Origin: Actinomycetota bacterium
GTDB taxonomy: Bacteria > Actinomycetota > Actinomycetes > JAKEEW01
NCBI GenBank assembly: GCA_046725875.1
Contig: JBKOZJ010000132.1
Coordinates: 1-51,112 of the forward strand
Reading direction: 5' to 3'
DNA length: 51,112 nt
The notes beneath the pieces are model-generated. The model had not been told where the DNA came from. It saw only the letters and a program-made list of their open reading frames with translations, and did not search any database. The translations under genes and the position numbers were made by a program. Below are positions 10,344 through 21,881 of this stretch, piece by piece (positions within the stretch are counted from its first letter, which is position 1; each line of letters begins with the position of its first letter).

Positions 10344-10390
10344 ATGAAGGGCACCTTCTCTCGTACCTATCGAGTGAAGGTGCCCTTCAT
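10344..10390. repeat. REP-like palindrome; possible bidirectional terminator between convergent genes
   Basis: ATGAAGGGCACCTTC...GAAGGTGCCCTTCAT perfect 15-bp arms. Confidence 0.8.
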
Positions 10391-10421
10391 GCGTTGCGGG
10401 TGGCCCGCCGAGCTAGCCCGG

Positions 10422-12968
10422 TTACTCCTGCGCCTGGCGCGCCGGTGGATCGCCGGCCGTGCCGGGCGAACCGGTCGCCGCGGCGACCTCGACCTTCGGC
10501 GCCTCGGGCATGGATGGCTTGGGGGTACCGGTGAAGGTGAAGGTCACCGTCTCGCCCTCCCCCTCCGTGTCCACCAGCACGATCTGGCCGGCCCGCACGT
10601 CGCCGAAGAGGATCTTCTCGGACAGTACGTCTTCGATCTCCCGGCTGATCGTCCGGCGCAGCGGCCGGGCGCCGAGCACCGGGTCGAAACCGCGGGTCGC
10701 GAGGAGCACCTTCGCTGACTGGGTGAGCTCGATGCCCATGTCCTTGTCCCGCAGCCGCTCGTCCACCTTGGCGATCATCAGATCGACGATCTCGATGATC
10801 TGATCCTGGGTGAGCTGGTGGAAGACGATCAGGTCGTCGACCCGGTTGAGGAACTCCGGCCGGAAGTGCTGCTTGAGCTCGTCCTGGACCTTGTTCTTCA
10901 TCCGCTCGTAGTTCGTCTCGGTGTCACCGCCCGCGGCGAAGCCAAGGTTGAACCCCTTTGAGATGTCCCTAGTGCCGAGGTTGGTCGTCATGATGATGAC
11001 CGTGTTCTTGAAGTCGACCACCCGGCCCTGAGCGTCGGTCAGGCGGCCATCCTCGAGGATCTGCAGCAGCGAGTTGAAGATGTCCGCGTGCGCCTTCTCG
11101 ACCTCGTCGAACAGGACCACCGAGAACGGCTTGCGCCGCACCTTCTCCGTGAGTTGACCACCCTCCTCGTAGCCCACGTAGCCAGGCGGCGAACCGAAGA
11201 GCCTGGACACGGTGTGCTTCTCGGAGAACTCGCTCATGTCGAGCTGGATCAGCGCGCCCTCGTCACCGAACAGGAACTCGGCCAGCGCCTTCGAGAGCTC
11301 GGTCTTCCCGACCCCAGACGGGCCGGCGAAGATGAACGAACCGCCGGGACGCTTCGGGTCCTTCAGGCCGGCTCGAGTACGCCGGATCGACCGGGCGAGC
11401 GCCTTGATCGCATCCTCCTGGCCGATGATCCGCTTGTGGATCTCCGCCTCCATCCGGAGCAGGCGAGCGCTCTCCTCCTCAGTGAGCTTGAAGACCGGGA
11501 TGCCGGTCGCCGTGGATAGGACTTCGGCGATCAGGTCATCGTCGACCTCGGCGACGACGTCCATGTCGCCGGCCTTCCACTCCTTCTCCCGATGCGCCTT
11601 GGCAGCGAGCAGCTGCTTCTCCCGGTCACGCAGCGAGGCGGCCTTCTCGAAGTCCTGCGCGTCGATCGCGGACTCCTTCTCGCGACGAACGTTCGCGATC
11701 TTCTCGTCGTACTCACGCAGATCCGGCGGCGCGGTCATCCGGCGGATGCGCATGCGCGACCCGGCCTCGTCGATCAGGTCGATCGCCTTATCTGGCAGGT
11801 AGCGGTCGCTGATGTAGCGGTCGGCGAGCTGCGCCGCAGCAACCAGCGCCGCGTCGGTGATGGAGACGCGGTGGTGAGCCTCGTAGCGGTCCCGGAGGCC
11901 CTTGAGGATCTCGATGGTGTGGGACAACGACGGCTCGGCGACCTGGATTGGCTGGAAGCGCCGCTCGAGCGCGGCGTCCTTCTCGAGATACTTGCGGTAC
12001 TCGTCCAACGTCGTGGCGCCGATGGTCTGCAGCTCACCGCGGGCAAGCATGGGCTTGAGGATGCTCGCGGCATCGATCGCGCCCTCGGCGGCACCGGCAC
12101 CGACAAGCGTGTGCAGCTCGTCGATGAACAGGATGATGTCGCCGCGGGTGCGGATCTCCTTGAGGACCTTCTTCAGCCGCTCCTCGAAGTCACCGCGGTA
12201 GCGGCTGCCGGCGACCAGCGCGCCAAGGTCGAGGGAGTAGAGCTGCTTGTCCTTCAGCGTCTCGGGCACCTCACCGCGGACGATCTTCTGCGCCAGGCCC
12301 TCGACGCATGCGGTCTTGCCGACGCCCGGCTCGCCGATCAAGACGGGGTTGTTCTTGGTCCGGCGAGACAGCACCTGCATGACCCGCTCGATCTCCTTCT
12401 CCCGCCCGATCACCGGGTCGAGCTTCCCCTCGCGGGCGGCCTGCGTGTAATTGCGACCGAACTGGTCGAGCACGAGCGAGGTGGATGGAGTGCCCTCGGC
12501 GGGCCCGCCGGCCGGGGAGGTCTCCTTGCCCTGGTAGCCGGACAGGAGCTGGATCACCTGTTGCCGAACACGGTTGAGGTCGGCGCCGAGCTTCACGAGC
12601 ACCTGTGCCGCGACGCCCTCGCCCTCCCGGATGAGGCCGAGCAGGATGTGCTCGGTGCCGATGTAGTTGTGTCCAAGCTGGAGCGCTTCGCGCAGGGAGA
12701 GCTCGAGGACCTTCTTGGCCCGGGGAGTGAATGGAATGTGGCCGGAAGGCGCCTGCTGGCCCTGGCCGATGATCTCCTCGACCTGCTGGCGCACGGCCTC
12801 GAGGCTGATGCCGAGGCTCTCCAATGCCTTCGCGGCGACGCCCTCACCCTCGTGGATCAGCCCCAGGAGGATGTGTTCGGTGCCGATGTAGTTGTGATTG
12901 AGCATCCTGGCCTCTTCTTGGGCCAAGACGACGACTCGCCGCGCGCGGTCGGTGAACCTCTCGAACAT
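10422..12968 (-). CDS. clpC: ATP-dependent Clp protease ATP-binding subunit ClpC1
   Basis: [11 protein letters not shown] start, two Clp-N repeats, Walker A GEPGVGKT and GPSGVGKT. Confidence 0.98.
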   Translation of the reverse strand: MFERFTDRARRVVVLAQEEARMLNHNYIGTEHILLGLIHEGEGVAAKALESLGISLEAVRQQVEEIIGQGQQAPSGHIPFTPRAKKVLELSLREALQLGHNYIGTEHILLGLIREGEGVAAQVLVKLGADLNRVRQQVIQLLSGYQGKETSPAGGPAEGTPSTSLVLDQFGRNYTQAAREGKLDPVIGREKEIERVMQVLSRRTKNNPVLIGEPGVGKTACVEGLAQKIVRGEVPETLKDKQLYSLDLGALVAGSRYRGDFEERLKKVLKEIRTRGDIILFIDELHTLVGAGAAEGAIDAASILKPMLARGELQTIGATTLDEYRKYLEKDAALERRFQPIQVAEPSLSHTIEILKGLRDRYEAHHRVSITDAALVAAAQLADRYISDRYLPDKAIDLIDEAGSRMRIRRMTAPPDLREYDEKIANVRREKESAIDAQDFEKAASLRDREKQLLAAKAHREKEWKAGDMDVVAEVDDDLIAEVLSTATGIPVFKLTEEESARLLRMEAEIHKRIIGQEDAIKALARSIRRTRAGLKDPKRPGGSFIFAGPSGVGKTELSKALAEFLFGDEGALIQLDMSEFSEKHTVSRLFGSPPGYVGYEEGGQLTEKVRRKPFSVVLFDEVEKAHADIFNSLLQILEDGRLTDAQGRVVDFKNTVIIMTTNLGTRDISKGFNLGFAAGGDTETNYERMKNKVQDELKQHFRPEFLNRVDDLIVFHQLTQDQIIEIVDLMIAKVDERLRDKDMGIELTQSAKVLLATRGFDPVLGARPLRRTISREIEDVLSEKILFGDVRAGQIVLVDTEGEGETVTFTFTGTPKPSMPEAPKVEVAAATGSPGTAGDPPARQAQE

Positions 12969-13115
12969 CTCTTCGCTCCTTCGGAGCGGGTCGGGCAGGG
13001 AGCGGACTCTCCGCCCCCTGTCATTTGGCATGCTAGCCCGGGCGATGGATACATCGTCGGACTCGCGCCGACCAAGGGTGATTTACCGCTACCCGCCGCG
13101 GCCGACATAGACACC

Positions 13116-13141
13116 AACCTGGCGCCTGTGCTGGGTGTTCC
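13116..13141 (-). promoter_or_regulatory. SigR/SigH-type ECF promoter of clpC
   Basis: Minus strand reads GGAAC-N18-GTT. Confidence 0.7.
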
Positions 13142-13173
13142 CAGGCGGGCACGCACCGCCCGCTCCGCTACTA

Positions 13174-13187
13174 CGCCAGGAGCGAAC
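13174..13187 (-). promoter_or_regulatory. ClgR-type operator upstream of clpC
   Basis: Minus strand reads GTTCGC-N5-GCG. Confidence 0.65.
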
Positions 13188-13321
13188 AGGGTCCGGGTTC
13201 AACCCGGGAGAGGTCGAGAAGTAAAGATCGCTCGGTCAGCGCGGCGGGTAGCGGGGAACAAGATCATCGAGGCGGCCGGTAGCTGGGCGAGCGATGCCAA
13301 AGCTACGAGCGGATGTCCAAG

Positions 13322-13642
13322 CTAACCGTGAGCTTTGTGGTACTCCTCAACGATGTTGGCAGGCACCCGTCCCCGGTCGCTGACTTTGTAGCCCTTCGCC
13401 TTGGCCCAGTCGCGGATGGCCGAGGTGCTGTCGGCGGCCCGGCCGCGGCGCGTGCCACCCCGACGACCCCCCACTCGGCGGGCGGCGCCCACATATGGCG
13501 AGAGTGTGTCGCGCAACGCCGCGGCGTTCTTCTTCGACAGGTCGACTTCGTAGTCGACCCGGTCGATGCTGAAGCGCACCGTCTCCTCCGCCTCTGTGCC
13601 GTCCAAATCGTCGACCAGCGTGACCTGAACTTTCTGTGCCAT
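13322..13642 (-). CDS. lsr2: Nucleoid-associated protein Lsr2
   Basis: MAQKVQVTLVDDLDG, YEVDLS, IRDWA, VSDRGRVP. Confidence 0.97.
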   Translation of the reverse strand: MAQKVQVTLVDDLDGTEAEETVRFSIDRVDYEVDLSKKNAAALRDTLSPYVGAARRVGGRRGGTRRGRAADSTSAIRDWAKAKGYKVSDRGRVPANIVEEYHKAHG

Positions 13643-13879
13643 GTAAATTCCTCAACTTCTGCTATGCAGCAAGGCGGGCCATAGGTGTCGTCCCCGAAGC
13701 TCTGCACGAATGCTTGCGCCGATCGGCGGCAGTCCGCGAAAGCTCCGATTGTGTCGTTAAGGAAAGCGGATTTCCGGCGATCGCGCAAGCTGCCGTGGAC
13801 AAATTCATTTGCCCGAACGCTGGTTGGTCAATATGGCACCTCGTTCGTGACCCGTTCGTCACTGAGAGCCACGCTCGGC

Positions 13880-13981
13880 TCATTTGGAGCCACCCTGGTT
13901 CTTGATGATTGCGACCATGATGGCGACGAAGGCGGCGGCCACCACGATCGACGGAATCAAAGCAGCTATTGCATCACTCAT
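13880..13981 (-). CDS. Small membrane protein, 33 aa (MSDAIAALIPSIVVAAAFVAIMVAIIKNQGGSK)
   Basis: ATG after GGGGTG, single hydrophobic helix, between lysS and lsr2; below the ORF-track cutoff. Confidence 0.7.
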   Translation of the reverse strand: MSDAIAALIPSIVVAAAFVAIMVAIIKNQGGSK

Positions 13982-14038
13982 CGCTGCACCCCAATCACAT
14001 GCCGAGGGGCCGATCCCCTTCTTGAAACTCCGGATATG

Positions 14039-15550
14039 TCATTCGGGCTTGACCAATGGGAACAAGATCACGTCGCGTATCCCAGGGGCGCCGGTCAGGC
14101 TCATCAGGAGCCGGTCGACGCCTAGTCCCATCCCGCCAGCCGGCGGCATCGCGTATTCGAGTGCGCGCAGGAAGTCCTCGTCGAGCCGCATCGCCTCGCT
14201 GTCCCCCCGGGCAGCGGCCAGCGCCTGTTCCACGAAGCGCTCCCGCTGGACCATCGGGTCGGTCAGCTCGGAGTAGCCAGTGCCGTGTTCGATGCCGAAG
14301 ACGTAAAGGTCCCACTTCTCGGTGACCCCCGCAACGCTGCGGTGGCTCCTGGTCAACGGGCTGGTTTCCGCGGGGAAGTCGCGCACGAACGTCGGCGCAC
14401 TGAGCGTAGGCACAACGGTTGCCTCGAAGATCTCCTCCAAGAGCTTTCCTGGGCCCCAGAGCGGATCCACCTCGATATCCAGCCGGTCGGCGTGTTTCCG
14501 CAGATCTTCATACGAGACGGCCGGCGTGACCTCCTCGCCCAGCGCGTCGCTGACCGCCCCGTACATCGTGATCGACGCCCACTCGCCACCGAGGTCGTGC
14601 TCGGACCCGTCGATGTGGCGTACAACATGCGAGCCGAAAACCCCCTCGGCAGCCTCTTGAATGAGCTCTCGAGTGAGCCGGGCAATGCTGTCGTAGTCCC
14701 CGTAGGCCTCGTAGGTTTCGAGCATCGTGAACTCGGGGTTGTGGGTGGCGTCGGCACCCTCGTTCCGGAAGTCCCGACCGATCTCGAAGACCTTCTCGAT
14801 TCCGCCGACGAGCAAGCGCTTGAGATAGAGCTCGGGTGCGATCCGGAGGTAGAGATCGAGGTCGTAGGCATTTATGTGCGTGACGAAGGGACGTGCCGCG
14901 GCTCCACCGTGCAGCACCTGGAGGATCGGCGTCTCTACCTCGAGGAAACCGCGCCGATGCATAGAGTCGCGCAGCGATCGGACGACGTCGCTGCGCACCC
15001 GCAGCATCTGTCGAGAGTCCGCATTTACGATCAGATCAAGGTAGCGCTGCCGAACCCGAGTCTCCGGGTCGGTAAGTCCTTTGTGCTTCTCAGGCAGTGG
15101 ACGCAAGCATTTTGCGGTGATTTCCCAGCGAGATGCCAGAACAGATAGCTCACCTCGGCGAGACGTGATCACCTCACCGTCGACACCTACCTGGTCGCCG
15201 AGGTCGACGTCGGCCTTCCACTGCGACAGGGATTCCTCGCCGACCCGATCCCGGCTCAGCATGATCTGAATTTCGCCGCTTCCATCCCGAATGGTGGCGA
15301 AACACAGCTTGCCGGTGACACGGTTCAGCATGACCCGGCCAACGACGCCGACCGTCTCGCCGCTGCGGCTATCCGGCGGCAATCCCCCGTGCTTATTCCG
15401 CACCTCGGCGATGGTGGCAGTGCGCGGGAACCCGGGCGGATAGGGGTCGACCCCGCGTGCGCGCATCCGGTCGACCTTGGCCAGGCGCACCCTCATCTGC
15501 TCGGGCACGTCCTCCGGTCCGCCGCCTACTGAACTGGGCTGATCATTCAC
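14039..15550 (-). CDS. lysS: Lysine--tRNA ligase (class II)
   Basis: [44 protein letters not shown]. Confidence 0.97.
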   Translation of the reverse strand: MNDQPSSVGGGPEDVPEQMRVRLAKVDRMRARGVDPYPPGFPRTATIAEVRNKHGGLPPDSRSGETVGVVGRVMLNRVTGKLCFATIRDGSGEIQIMLSRDRVGEESLSQWKADVDLGDQVGVDGEVITSRRGELSVLASRWEITAKCLRPLPEKHKGLTDPETRVRQRYLDLIVNADSRQMLRVRSDVVRSLRDSMHRRGFLEVETPILQVLHGGAAARPFVTHINAYDLDLYLRIAPELYLKRLLVGGIEKVFEIGRDFRNEGADATHNPEFTMLETYEAYGDYDSIARLTRELIQEAAEGVFGSHVVRHIDGSEHDLGGEWASITMYGAVSDALGEEVTPAVSYEDLRKHADRLDIEVDPLWGPGKLLEEIFEATVVPTLSAPTFVRDFPAETSPLTRSHRSVAGVTEKWDLYVFGIEHGTGYSELTDPMVQRERFVEQALAAARGDSEAMRLDEDFLRALEYAMPPAGGMGLGVDRLLMSLTGAPGIRDVILFPLVKPE

Positions 15551-15665
15551 CAGATCAGGCTATCGAGGCAGCAACCGCGACCCCATTGGATATCGGCCGT
15601 CAGCTGAGCGGTTACCGGGGTCGATGCACGCCATCTCATGGTGCCCCTCATGCGGTTGGGGGGCG

Positions 15666-17159
15666 TCAGTGAGAGGTAGGGAAGTGGAGGGCGAGGGCTC
15701 GAGAGCCGGTCGGTACCGGCCAGCGGGCCGTCACCGTCTTGATTCGGGTGTAGAAGTGAACCCCATCCGGCCCGTGCACGTTTGTGTCCCCGAACAACGA
15801 CGACTTCCAGCCGCCGAACGAGAAGAAGGCCATCGGCACCGGGATCGGAACGTTCACCCCGACCATGCCGATCTCCACTTCGTGCTGGAACTTCCTGGCG
15901 GCGCCGCCGTCGTTGGTGAAGATCGCCGTGCCGTTTCCGTACGGGTTGGTGTTCACCAAGTCGACTGCGTCGTCATAACTGCCCGCTCGTACAACGGAAA
16001 GAACCGGTCCGAAGATCTCGTCATGGTAGATCGACATCTCCGGCTCGACGTGATCGAACATGCTGGGCCCCAGCCAGAAGCCATTCTCGTCGCCGTCGAT
16101 CGGCCACGTCCGCCCGTCCACCACGAGCGACGCGCCGGACGCGATCCCGGCGTCCAGGTAGCCCTCGACCTTGTCGCGATGCGCCCGCGTGACGAGTGGC
16201 CCCATGTCGCATCCGCGTCGGCCGTCGCCGACGCGAAGCGCGCTGATTCGGTCGCTGATCTTGGCCACAAGCTCGTCGCCGACGGGATCGACGGCCACCA
16301 CGACGGAGATCGCCATGCAGCGCTCGCCGGCGGAGCCGAAGCCGGCGTTCACCGCCGCATCCGCGGCCAGATCGAGATCGGCGTCGGGGAGGACGACCAT
16401 ATGGTTCTTCGCGCCGCCGAGTGCCTGGACCCGCTTGCCGTGCGACGTTCCCGTCTCGTACACGTATCGCGCGATCGGCGTCGACCCAACGAAGGAGATG
16501 GCCCGCACGTCGGGATGGGTGAGCAGCCCGTCCACTGCCGGCTTCGTCCCCTGGACGACGTTGAACACCCCCTCGGGCAGGCCCGCCTCGGCCCATAGCT
16601 GCGCCAAGAGAACGGAGGTCGACGGGTCCTTCTCGGACGGCTTTAGCACGAAAGTGTTGCCGCACGCGATGGCGATCGGGAACATCCACATCGGGACCAT
16701 CGCCGGGAAGTTGAATGGCGTAATGCCGGCCACCACGCCGAGCGGCTGCCGCAGTGAAAAGGAGTCGACCGCGGTTGACACATTCTCCGCGAAACCGCCC
16801 TTGAGCAGGTGTGGGATACCGCAGGCGAACTCGACGACCTCCAGGCCGCGCTGCAACTCCCCCGCCGCATCCTCGAGCGTCTTGCCATGCTCGGAGGTGA
16901 TCAAGCCGGCGATCTCGTCCCGGTGTCGTACCACCAGGTCCCGGAAGGCGAACAGCACCTGCGTACGGCGGGCCAACGAGGCATCCCGCCACCCCTCGAA
17001 GGCCCGCCGGGCGGCGGCGACGGCGAGATCGACCTCGGCCGCTCCCGCGAAGTCAACCCGCCCGGCCAGCTCGCCGGTCGCTGGGTCGTAGACGTCCCCG
17101 GTCTCCTCCGCCGGCGCACCGTGCGGCTTCCCGTCGATCCAATGCGTTATGTGCTTCAT
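15666..17159 (-). CDS. mmsA: CoA-acylating (methyl)malonate-semialdehyde dehydrogenase
   Basis: ITPFNFP, KPSEKDP, FVGST, GGAKNH, GERCMA, EIFGP, VNVPIPVP. Confidence 0.95.
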   Translation of the reverse strand: MKHITHWIDGKPHGAPAEETGDVYDPATGELAGRVDFAGAAEVDLAVAAARRAFEGWRDASLARRTQVLFAFRDLVVRHRDEIAGLITSEHGKTLEDAAGELQRGLEVVEFACGIPHLLKGGFAENVSTAVDSFSLRQPLGVVAGITPFNFPAMVPMWMFPIAIACGNTFVLKPSEKDPSTSVLLAQLWAEAGLPEGVFNVVQGTKPAVDGLLTHPDVRAISFVGSTPIARYVYETGTSHGKRVQALGGAKNHMVVLPDADLDLAADAAVNAGFGSAGERCMAISVVVAVDPVGDELVAKISDRISALRVGDGRRGCDMGPLVTRAHRDKVEGYLDAGIASGASLVVDGRTWPIDGDENGFWLGPSMFDHVEPEMSIYHDEIFGPVLSVVRAGSYDDAVDLVNTNPYGNGTAIFTNDGGAARKFQHEVEIGMVGVNVPIPVPMAFFSFGGWKSSLFGDTNVHGPDGVHFYTRIKTVTARWPVPTGSRALALHFPTSH

Positions 17160-17186
17160 GTCAGATCCACCATCCTGCCCACCGCG

Positions 17187-17266
17187 GTAGAAGGTGCCCT
17201 TCCTAGGCAAAGATTGGAGTTAGGGTCCCTCTACGGTGGGGCGATTGGAGCAAGGGTTCCTCTTAC
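17187..17266. repeat. Degenerate REP-like palindrome plus direct repeat
   Basis: GTAGAAGGTGCCCT...AGGGTCCCTCTAC; GATTGGAG..AGGGT.CCTC repeated at 17212 and 17243. Confidence 0.6.
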
Positions 17267-17273
17267 CAAGCAT

Positions 17274-18620
17274 TCATTGGTGTACGAGTCGGGCCAGTGC
17301 CGCAGAGATGAGCTGCAAGCCCTCCTCGCATTCCTCATCGGTAAGGGTGAGGGGCGGCGCAATCCGCAAGACGTTGCCGAACAGGCCGCCCTTTCCAACC
17401 AACAGGCCGTTGGCTCGGCATTCCTCCTGTACCGCGCTCGCGGCAGCGGCGTCGGGGGTCTTGGTTCCGGGAACGCTGAGCTCGATCCCGATCATCAGAC
17501 CCTTGCCGCGCACCTCCGCGACATGCGGGTTTGCGTCGGCGGCATCCCGCAACCCGGTAATGAGTCTGCCGCCCTGCTTACCCGCGTTGGACTGCAGCTC
17601 GTGCCTTTGTACGTACTCGAGCGTGGCGAGCGCGGCTCGGGTGGACAGCGGGTTCCCGCCGAACGTGGAGATCGAGTTGGCGGTCAAGCTGTCGATGATC
17701 TCGCGGCGGCCGACCACACCTCCGATGGTCAGCCCGTTGCCGAGTCCCTTGGCAAAGGTCATCAGGTCCGGCGTGAAACCATGCGCCTGGATACCCCAGA
17801 AGTGTTCGCCGGTGCGTCCCCAGCCGGTCTGAACTTCATCTGAGATGAAGAGGATCCCGTATTCGTCGAGCACTTCCTTCATCGCACCGAACAGGCCGTC
17901 CGGCGGCACCGCGAACCCGCCCACCCCCTGTATCGGCTCGGCAATCATGCAGGACACGTCGCCCGACGTCATGACGTTGATGACATCGCGCAGGTCGTCG
18001 ACGCAAGCGGAGATGTAGGCAGCGTCAGACAGGTGGCCGAACGGGCTGCGCAGCCGGTAGCCACCGTGGACGTAGCTGACGTTGACCGGCGTGAGCGCGG
18101 ACGCCGACCAGCCCCGGTTGCCGGTGATCCCCATCGCGGCGTACGAGCGGCCGTGGTAGCTGTTGCGAATCGCCAGGACCTGATTCGACCGGCGGTATTG
18201 CGTGGCGAACAGCAGGGCCGCCTCGTTCGCCTCCGTACCCGAGGCCGTGAAGAACACCTTGGCGTCAGGGATGCCGGAAAGCTCGGCGATGCGCTCGGCG
18301 AGGGCAATCTGGTTCTCGATCAAGTAGAGCGTCGATGAATGTACGATCCTCCCGGCCTGCTCCTGAACCGCCTGGACGATCTCCGGGACGTTGTAGCCGA
18401 CCATCGTCGTTAGGATTCCGCCGAAAAAGTCGAGATAGCGGTTGCCCTCGGCGTCTACGACATGTCGTCCACCGCCGCCGACGAGCGCGATCGGCTGGTC
18501 GTAGTAGAGCGCCAGCCAGCGCGGCAGGACGGCGCGATGGCGGTCGGTAAGCTCCTTGTGCCGGCCCTCCGGCGCTGCTGCGGTAAGCCGCTCGGCTGAG
18601 CCGTCACCATGCTCACTCAT
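17274..18620 (-). CDS. Class III PLP aminotransferase (probably beta-alanine/AGXT2-like)
   Basis: YLDFFGG, SGTEANE, SYHG, DEVQTGWGRTG, TFAKG, TFGGNP; directly upstream of mmsA. Confidence 0.92.
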   Translation of the reverse strand: MSEHGDGSAERLTAAAPEGRHKELTDRHRAVLPRWLALYYDQPIALVGGGGRHVVDAEGNRYLDFFGGILTTMVGYNVPEIVQAVQEQAGRIVHSSTLYLIENQIALAERIAELSGIPDAKVFFTASGTEANEAALLFATQYRRSNQVLAIRNSYHGRSYAAMGITGNRGWSASALTPVNVSYVHGGYRLRSPFGHLSDAAYISACVDDLRDVINVMTSGDVSCMIAEPIQGVGGFAVPPDGLFGAMKEVLDEYGILFISDEVQTGWGRTGEHFWGIQAHGFTPDLMTFAKGLGNGLTIGGVVGRREIIDSLTANSISTFGGNPLSTRAALATLEYVQRHELQSNAGKQGGRLITGLRDAADANPHVAEVRGKGLMIGIELSVPGTKTPDAAAASAVQEECRANGLLVGKGGLFGNVLRIAPPLTLTDEECEEGLQLISAALARLVHQ

Positions 18621-18708
18621 GAGGTCGCTCCAAACTTATTGGTCGCGCGGACACGTTCGGCAGCCGCGCTCCACGCAGTTTGCATGGGCACGGCGTCCAC
18701 CTCAAGGT

Positions 18709-19764
18709 TCACGGTGGCGGTCGATGCCGTCCCGACTTGACAGGCTGTGACTTGGCGGGAGCGCCGCGCTGCCGAGCTACCTCGTACAACGCGATTCCCG
18801 CCGCCACCCCGGCGTTCAGCGACTCGGTCCCCACCGCCATCGGGATCCGCACAAGCTGGTCGCAAGTCTCGGCAACCAGCCGGGACAGCCCGTGTCCCTC
18901 CGAACCAATAACGAGCGCCAAGGGCTCGGCGGCAACCTTGAGCTCGCCGAGCTCCGTGTCGCCATCCGCGGCCAGTCCGACGGCGAAGACACCGGCGGCG
19001 TGGTATGCGTCGAGAGCTCGAGTCAGATTGGGGGCAAGGGCGACCGGCAGCCGTGCCGCCGCGCCGGCTGAGGCTTTCCAGGCCGCCGCGGTCATGCCGG
19101 CCGCTCGCCGCTGCGGCACGATGACGCCATGCGCCCCGAACGCCGCCGCCGAACGCACGATGGCCCCGAGATTGCGCGGGTCCGTGACACCATCGAGAGC
19201 CACGACGAGGGGGACTTCGCCGGCCTCGTTCGCCCGGTCCATCAGATCGTCGGGATGTGCGTACTCGTAGGGCGGTACCTGCGCCGCCAGCCCCTGGTGG
19301 GCCGCGCCGGCGGCGATGCGGTCCAGCTCGGGGCGCGGGGCTTCCAGCAACGGAATGCGACGGTCTGCGGCAATCTTCAGCGCCTCGCGCACCCGGTCAT
19401 CGGAGTCGATGCGAGCGGCCACGTAGATCTGGCTCACCGGCACGCCTGCCCGTAGTGCCTCTACGACGGCGTTGCGTCCGGTCACCACTTCGCCGCCCGC
19501 CCGCCCGGACCGGCCACCGCTATGGGCAGGCGCCGCCCTACCACTCGGCGGCCGCACCGTCCCGGCGCTGCCGCCGGCCGTTGCCCGCCCCTGTACGGTC
19601 CGGGCCGCCCGCCGCGCGGCTGGATGTCTCGCGCGGGCCTCGGCGGGCGGAGTCTGCCCCTTGCCGCGCAGTGACCGACGGCGCTGGCCACCCGACCCGA
19701 CGACGGCGCCCTTCTTGGTGCCGCCCTTCCGCCGCGCGCCCTGCCGCTTGCTATTACCGGCCAT
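18709..19764 (-). CDS. rlmB: 23S rRNA Gm2251 methyltransferase
   Basis: [30 protein letters not shown] (SPOUT). Confidence 0.95.
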   Translation of the reverse strand: MAGNSKRQGARRKGGTKKGAVVGSGGQRRRSLRGKGQTPPAEARARHPAARRAARTVQGRATAGGSAGTVRPPSGRAAPAHSGGRSGRAGGEVVTGRNAVVEALRAGVPVSQIYVAARIDSDDRVREALKIAADRRIPLLEAPRPELDRIAAGAAHQGLAAQVPPYEYAHPDDLMDRANEAGEVPLVVALDGVTDPRNLGAIVRSAAAFGAHGVIVPQRRAAGMTAAAWKASAGAAARLPVALAPNLTRALDAYHAAGVFAVGLAADGDTELGELKVAAEPLALVIGSEGHGLSRLVAETCDQLVRIPMAVGTESLNAGVAAGIALYEVARQRGAPAKSQPVKSGRHRPPP

Positions 19765-19791
19765 GCAACTCTCCCGCCGCGCTGGACGGGC

Positions 19792-21186
19792 TCACGACTC
19801 GAGTTCCCAGCGGGGGCCCGATGGCGTGTCCTCGATCCTGATGCCGGCAGCTGACAACCTGGCCCGGATCGCGTCCGCGGTCGCGAAGTCCTTCCGGGCC
19901 CGAGCCGCCTCCCGCTGTTCGAGCGCGACGGCGACGAGCGCATCCACCGCTTCCCGGAGATGGCTTTCCGCGCCCGCGCCCGCCCACCGTGGATCCAACG
20001 GATCCAGGCCGAGCACGCCGAGCATCGCCCGCACGTCCGCCAGGTGGCGGACAACCGCGTCCTTGTCCGCGGCTGCCAGCGCGTTGTTTCCATCCCGTAC
20101 ACCGGTGTGGACCACCGTTATTGCCTGCGGCACGGCAAGATCGTCGTCGAGTGCTTCGGCGAACCCGGGCGGGACCTCGAGCGCCGGCTCTACCTCACCG
20201 ACGAGCTCAGCGGCCCGGCGGGCGAAGCCCTCGATCCGGCCCCAGGTCGCGGCGGCCTCGGCTATCCCCTCCTCGGTGTACTCGATGTTCGACCGGTAGT
20301 GCGGCACACCGAGGTAGTAGCGCAGCACGACCGGCCGCCACCGCTTGACCATCTCGGAGACGAGCAGCGAGTTGCCGAGCGACTTGCTCATCTTCTCGCC
20401 GGCCGTGGTCACCCATGCGTTGTGCATCCAATAGCGGGCGAACCCGTCGCCGGCGGCCTTCGACTGGGCGATCTCGTTCTCGTGGTGCGGGAAGAGTAGA
20501 TCGATGCCGCCGCCGTGGATATCGAAAACCGGACCGAGATACTTCGTCGACATCGCGGAGCATTCGAGGTGCCAGCCCGGGCGCCCGGGCCCCCAAGGCG
20601 TTTCCCAGAACGGCTCGCCGGGTCGGGCGCCCTTCCAAAGGGCGAAATCGCGCGGGTCGCGCTTGTGCGTCTCGACGTGGGTATCTGTCGCCGGCTGCAT
20701 CGCCTCCAGGCGCTGCCCGGACAGGCGGCCGTAGGCGGGGAACGAGTGCACGTCGAAGTAGACGTCGCCGCCGGCCGCATAGGCGTTCCCGCGATCGATC
20801 AGCCGCCGCATAAGCACGACCATCTCAGGTATGTGGCCGGTCGCCCGCGGCTCGACGTCCGGCGGCAGGCAGCCGAGTGCCGTATAGGCGTCTGAAAACG
20901 CGCGCTCGTTGCGCTCCGCCACGATCCAGAACGGCACTCCTTCGTGCGCGGCGTTGTGCAGAACCTTGTCGTCGATGTCCGTGACATTCCGCACGTAGGT
21001 GACCGCGAAGCCGCGGTAGGTGAGCCACCGGCGCAGGATGTCAAAGTTGATGCCGGACCGGATGTGTCCAATGTGCGGCGGCGACTGCACCGTAGCGCCA
21101 CACACGTAGATCCTGACTCGTCCCGGCTCGAGGGGTACGAAGTCACGAACCGCGCGCGCCGCAGTGTCGTACAGCCGAACGCCCAC
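19792..21186 (-). CDS. cysS: Cysteine--tRNA ligase
   Basis: [32 protein letters not shown]. Confidence 0.98.
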   Translation of the reverse strand: MGVRLYDTAARAVRDFVPLEPGRVRIYVCGATVQSPPHIGHIRSGINFDILRRWLTYRGFAVTYVRNVTDIDDKVLHNAAHEGVPFWIVAERNERAFSDAYTALGCLPPDVEPRATGHIPEMVVLMRRLIDRGNAYAAGGDVYFDVHSFPAYGRLSGQRLEAMQPATDTHVETHKRDPRDFALWKGARPGEPFWETPWGPGRPGWHLECSAMSTKYLGPVFDIHGGGIDLLFPHHENEIAQSKAAGDGFARYWMHNAWVTTAGEKMSKSLGNSLLVSEMVKRWRPVVLRYYLGVPHYRSNIEYTEEGIAEAAATWGRIEGFARRAAELVGEVEPALEVPPGFAEALDDDLAVPQAITVVHTGVRDGNNALAAADKDAVVRHLADVRAMLGVLGLDPLDPRWAGAGAESHLREAVDALVAVALEQREAARARKDFATADAIRARLSAAGIRIEDTPSGPRWELES

Positions 21187-21237
21187 CCGTCAAGCCTACG
21201 TGATCACCCCCGGCCTCCGACCAACCGCCCGATACGC

Positions 21238-21316
21238 ATGAATGTGCCGTTCGCTCGATAGGTCCGCCTGAACGGCACATTCATTCGTCGCTCAATCGAA
21301 AGAATGTGCCGTTCAT
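21238..21316. repeat. REP-like palindrome cluster (three arms)
   Basis: ATGAATGTGCCGTTC(21238)...GAACGGCACATTCAT(21270)...GAATGTGCCGTTCAT(21302). Confidence 0.85.
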
Positions 21317-21332
21317 GCCAACAGACCGTTGA

Positions 21333-21875
21333 TCAGAGCCGTGGCACTACGACCAGGGCCGTCGCGACGGCGGCGACACCCTCGCCCCGTCCGGTGAGCC
21401 CGAGACCGTCGGTGCTCGTCGCGGACACGCTCACGGGTGCGCCGAGCGCCGCGGACAACACCTTCTCCGCTTCTGCCCGACGCGGGCCGAGCCTGGGCCG
21501 CTCGCCGATGACCTGGAGCGCGACGTTGCCAATCACATAACCGGCCGCCCGCAGCCGCGCCGCTGCCTCTTCGAGAAGCGCCGCCCCGGATGCACCCTCC
21601 CAGCGCAGCTCGCCGGTGCCGAACTGCGTGCCAAGATCGCCAAGGCCGGCCGCGGAGAAAAGCGCGTCGCATGCGGCGTGGGCGGCGACGTCGCCGTCGG
21701 AGTGCCCGACCAGCCCGGCGGGCTCATCGGCCCATGCCAGGCCCGCGAGGTGCATGGGACGTCCCGCCGCGAGCTGGTGGACATCCACGCCTATTCCGAC
21801 CCGGATGGAGGTGTACGCAAACCCAGGCGTCCGTTCGACCGCCGCACCTGCCGGTACTCCTTGATCGGCGCTCAT
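21333..21875 (-). CDS. ispF: 2-C-methyl-D-erythritol 2,4-cyclodiphosphate synthase
   Basis: [32 protein letters not shown]. Confidence 0.95.
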   Translation of the reverse strand: MSADQGVPAGAAVERTPGFAYTSIRVGIGVDVHQLAAGRPMHLAGLAWADEPAGLVGHSDGDVAAHAACDALFSAAGLGDLGTQFGTGELRWEGASGAALLEEAAARLRAAGYVIGNVALQVIGERPRLGPRRAEAEKVLSAALGAPVSVSATSTDGLGLTGRGEGVAAVATALVVVPRL

Positions 21876-21881
21876 CGATCA

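Noticed and set aside
11592..13325. 577-aa plus-strand ORF and other long antisense ORFs (e.g. 7508-8719, 26535-27770, 34844-36022, 38949-40370)
   Set aside because: Shadow frames opposite well-conserved genes, expected in high-GC DNA; no recognisable motifs
21238..21316. Repeat clusters as a mini-CRISPR array
   Set aside because: Units alternate in orientation, spacing is short and irregular, and no cas genes are present
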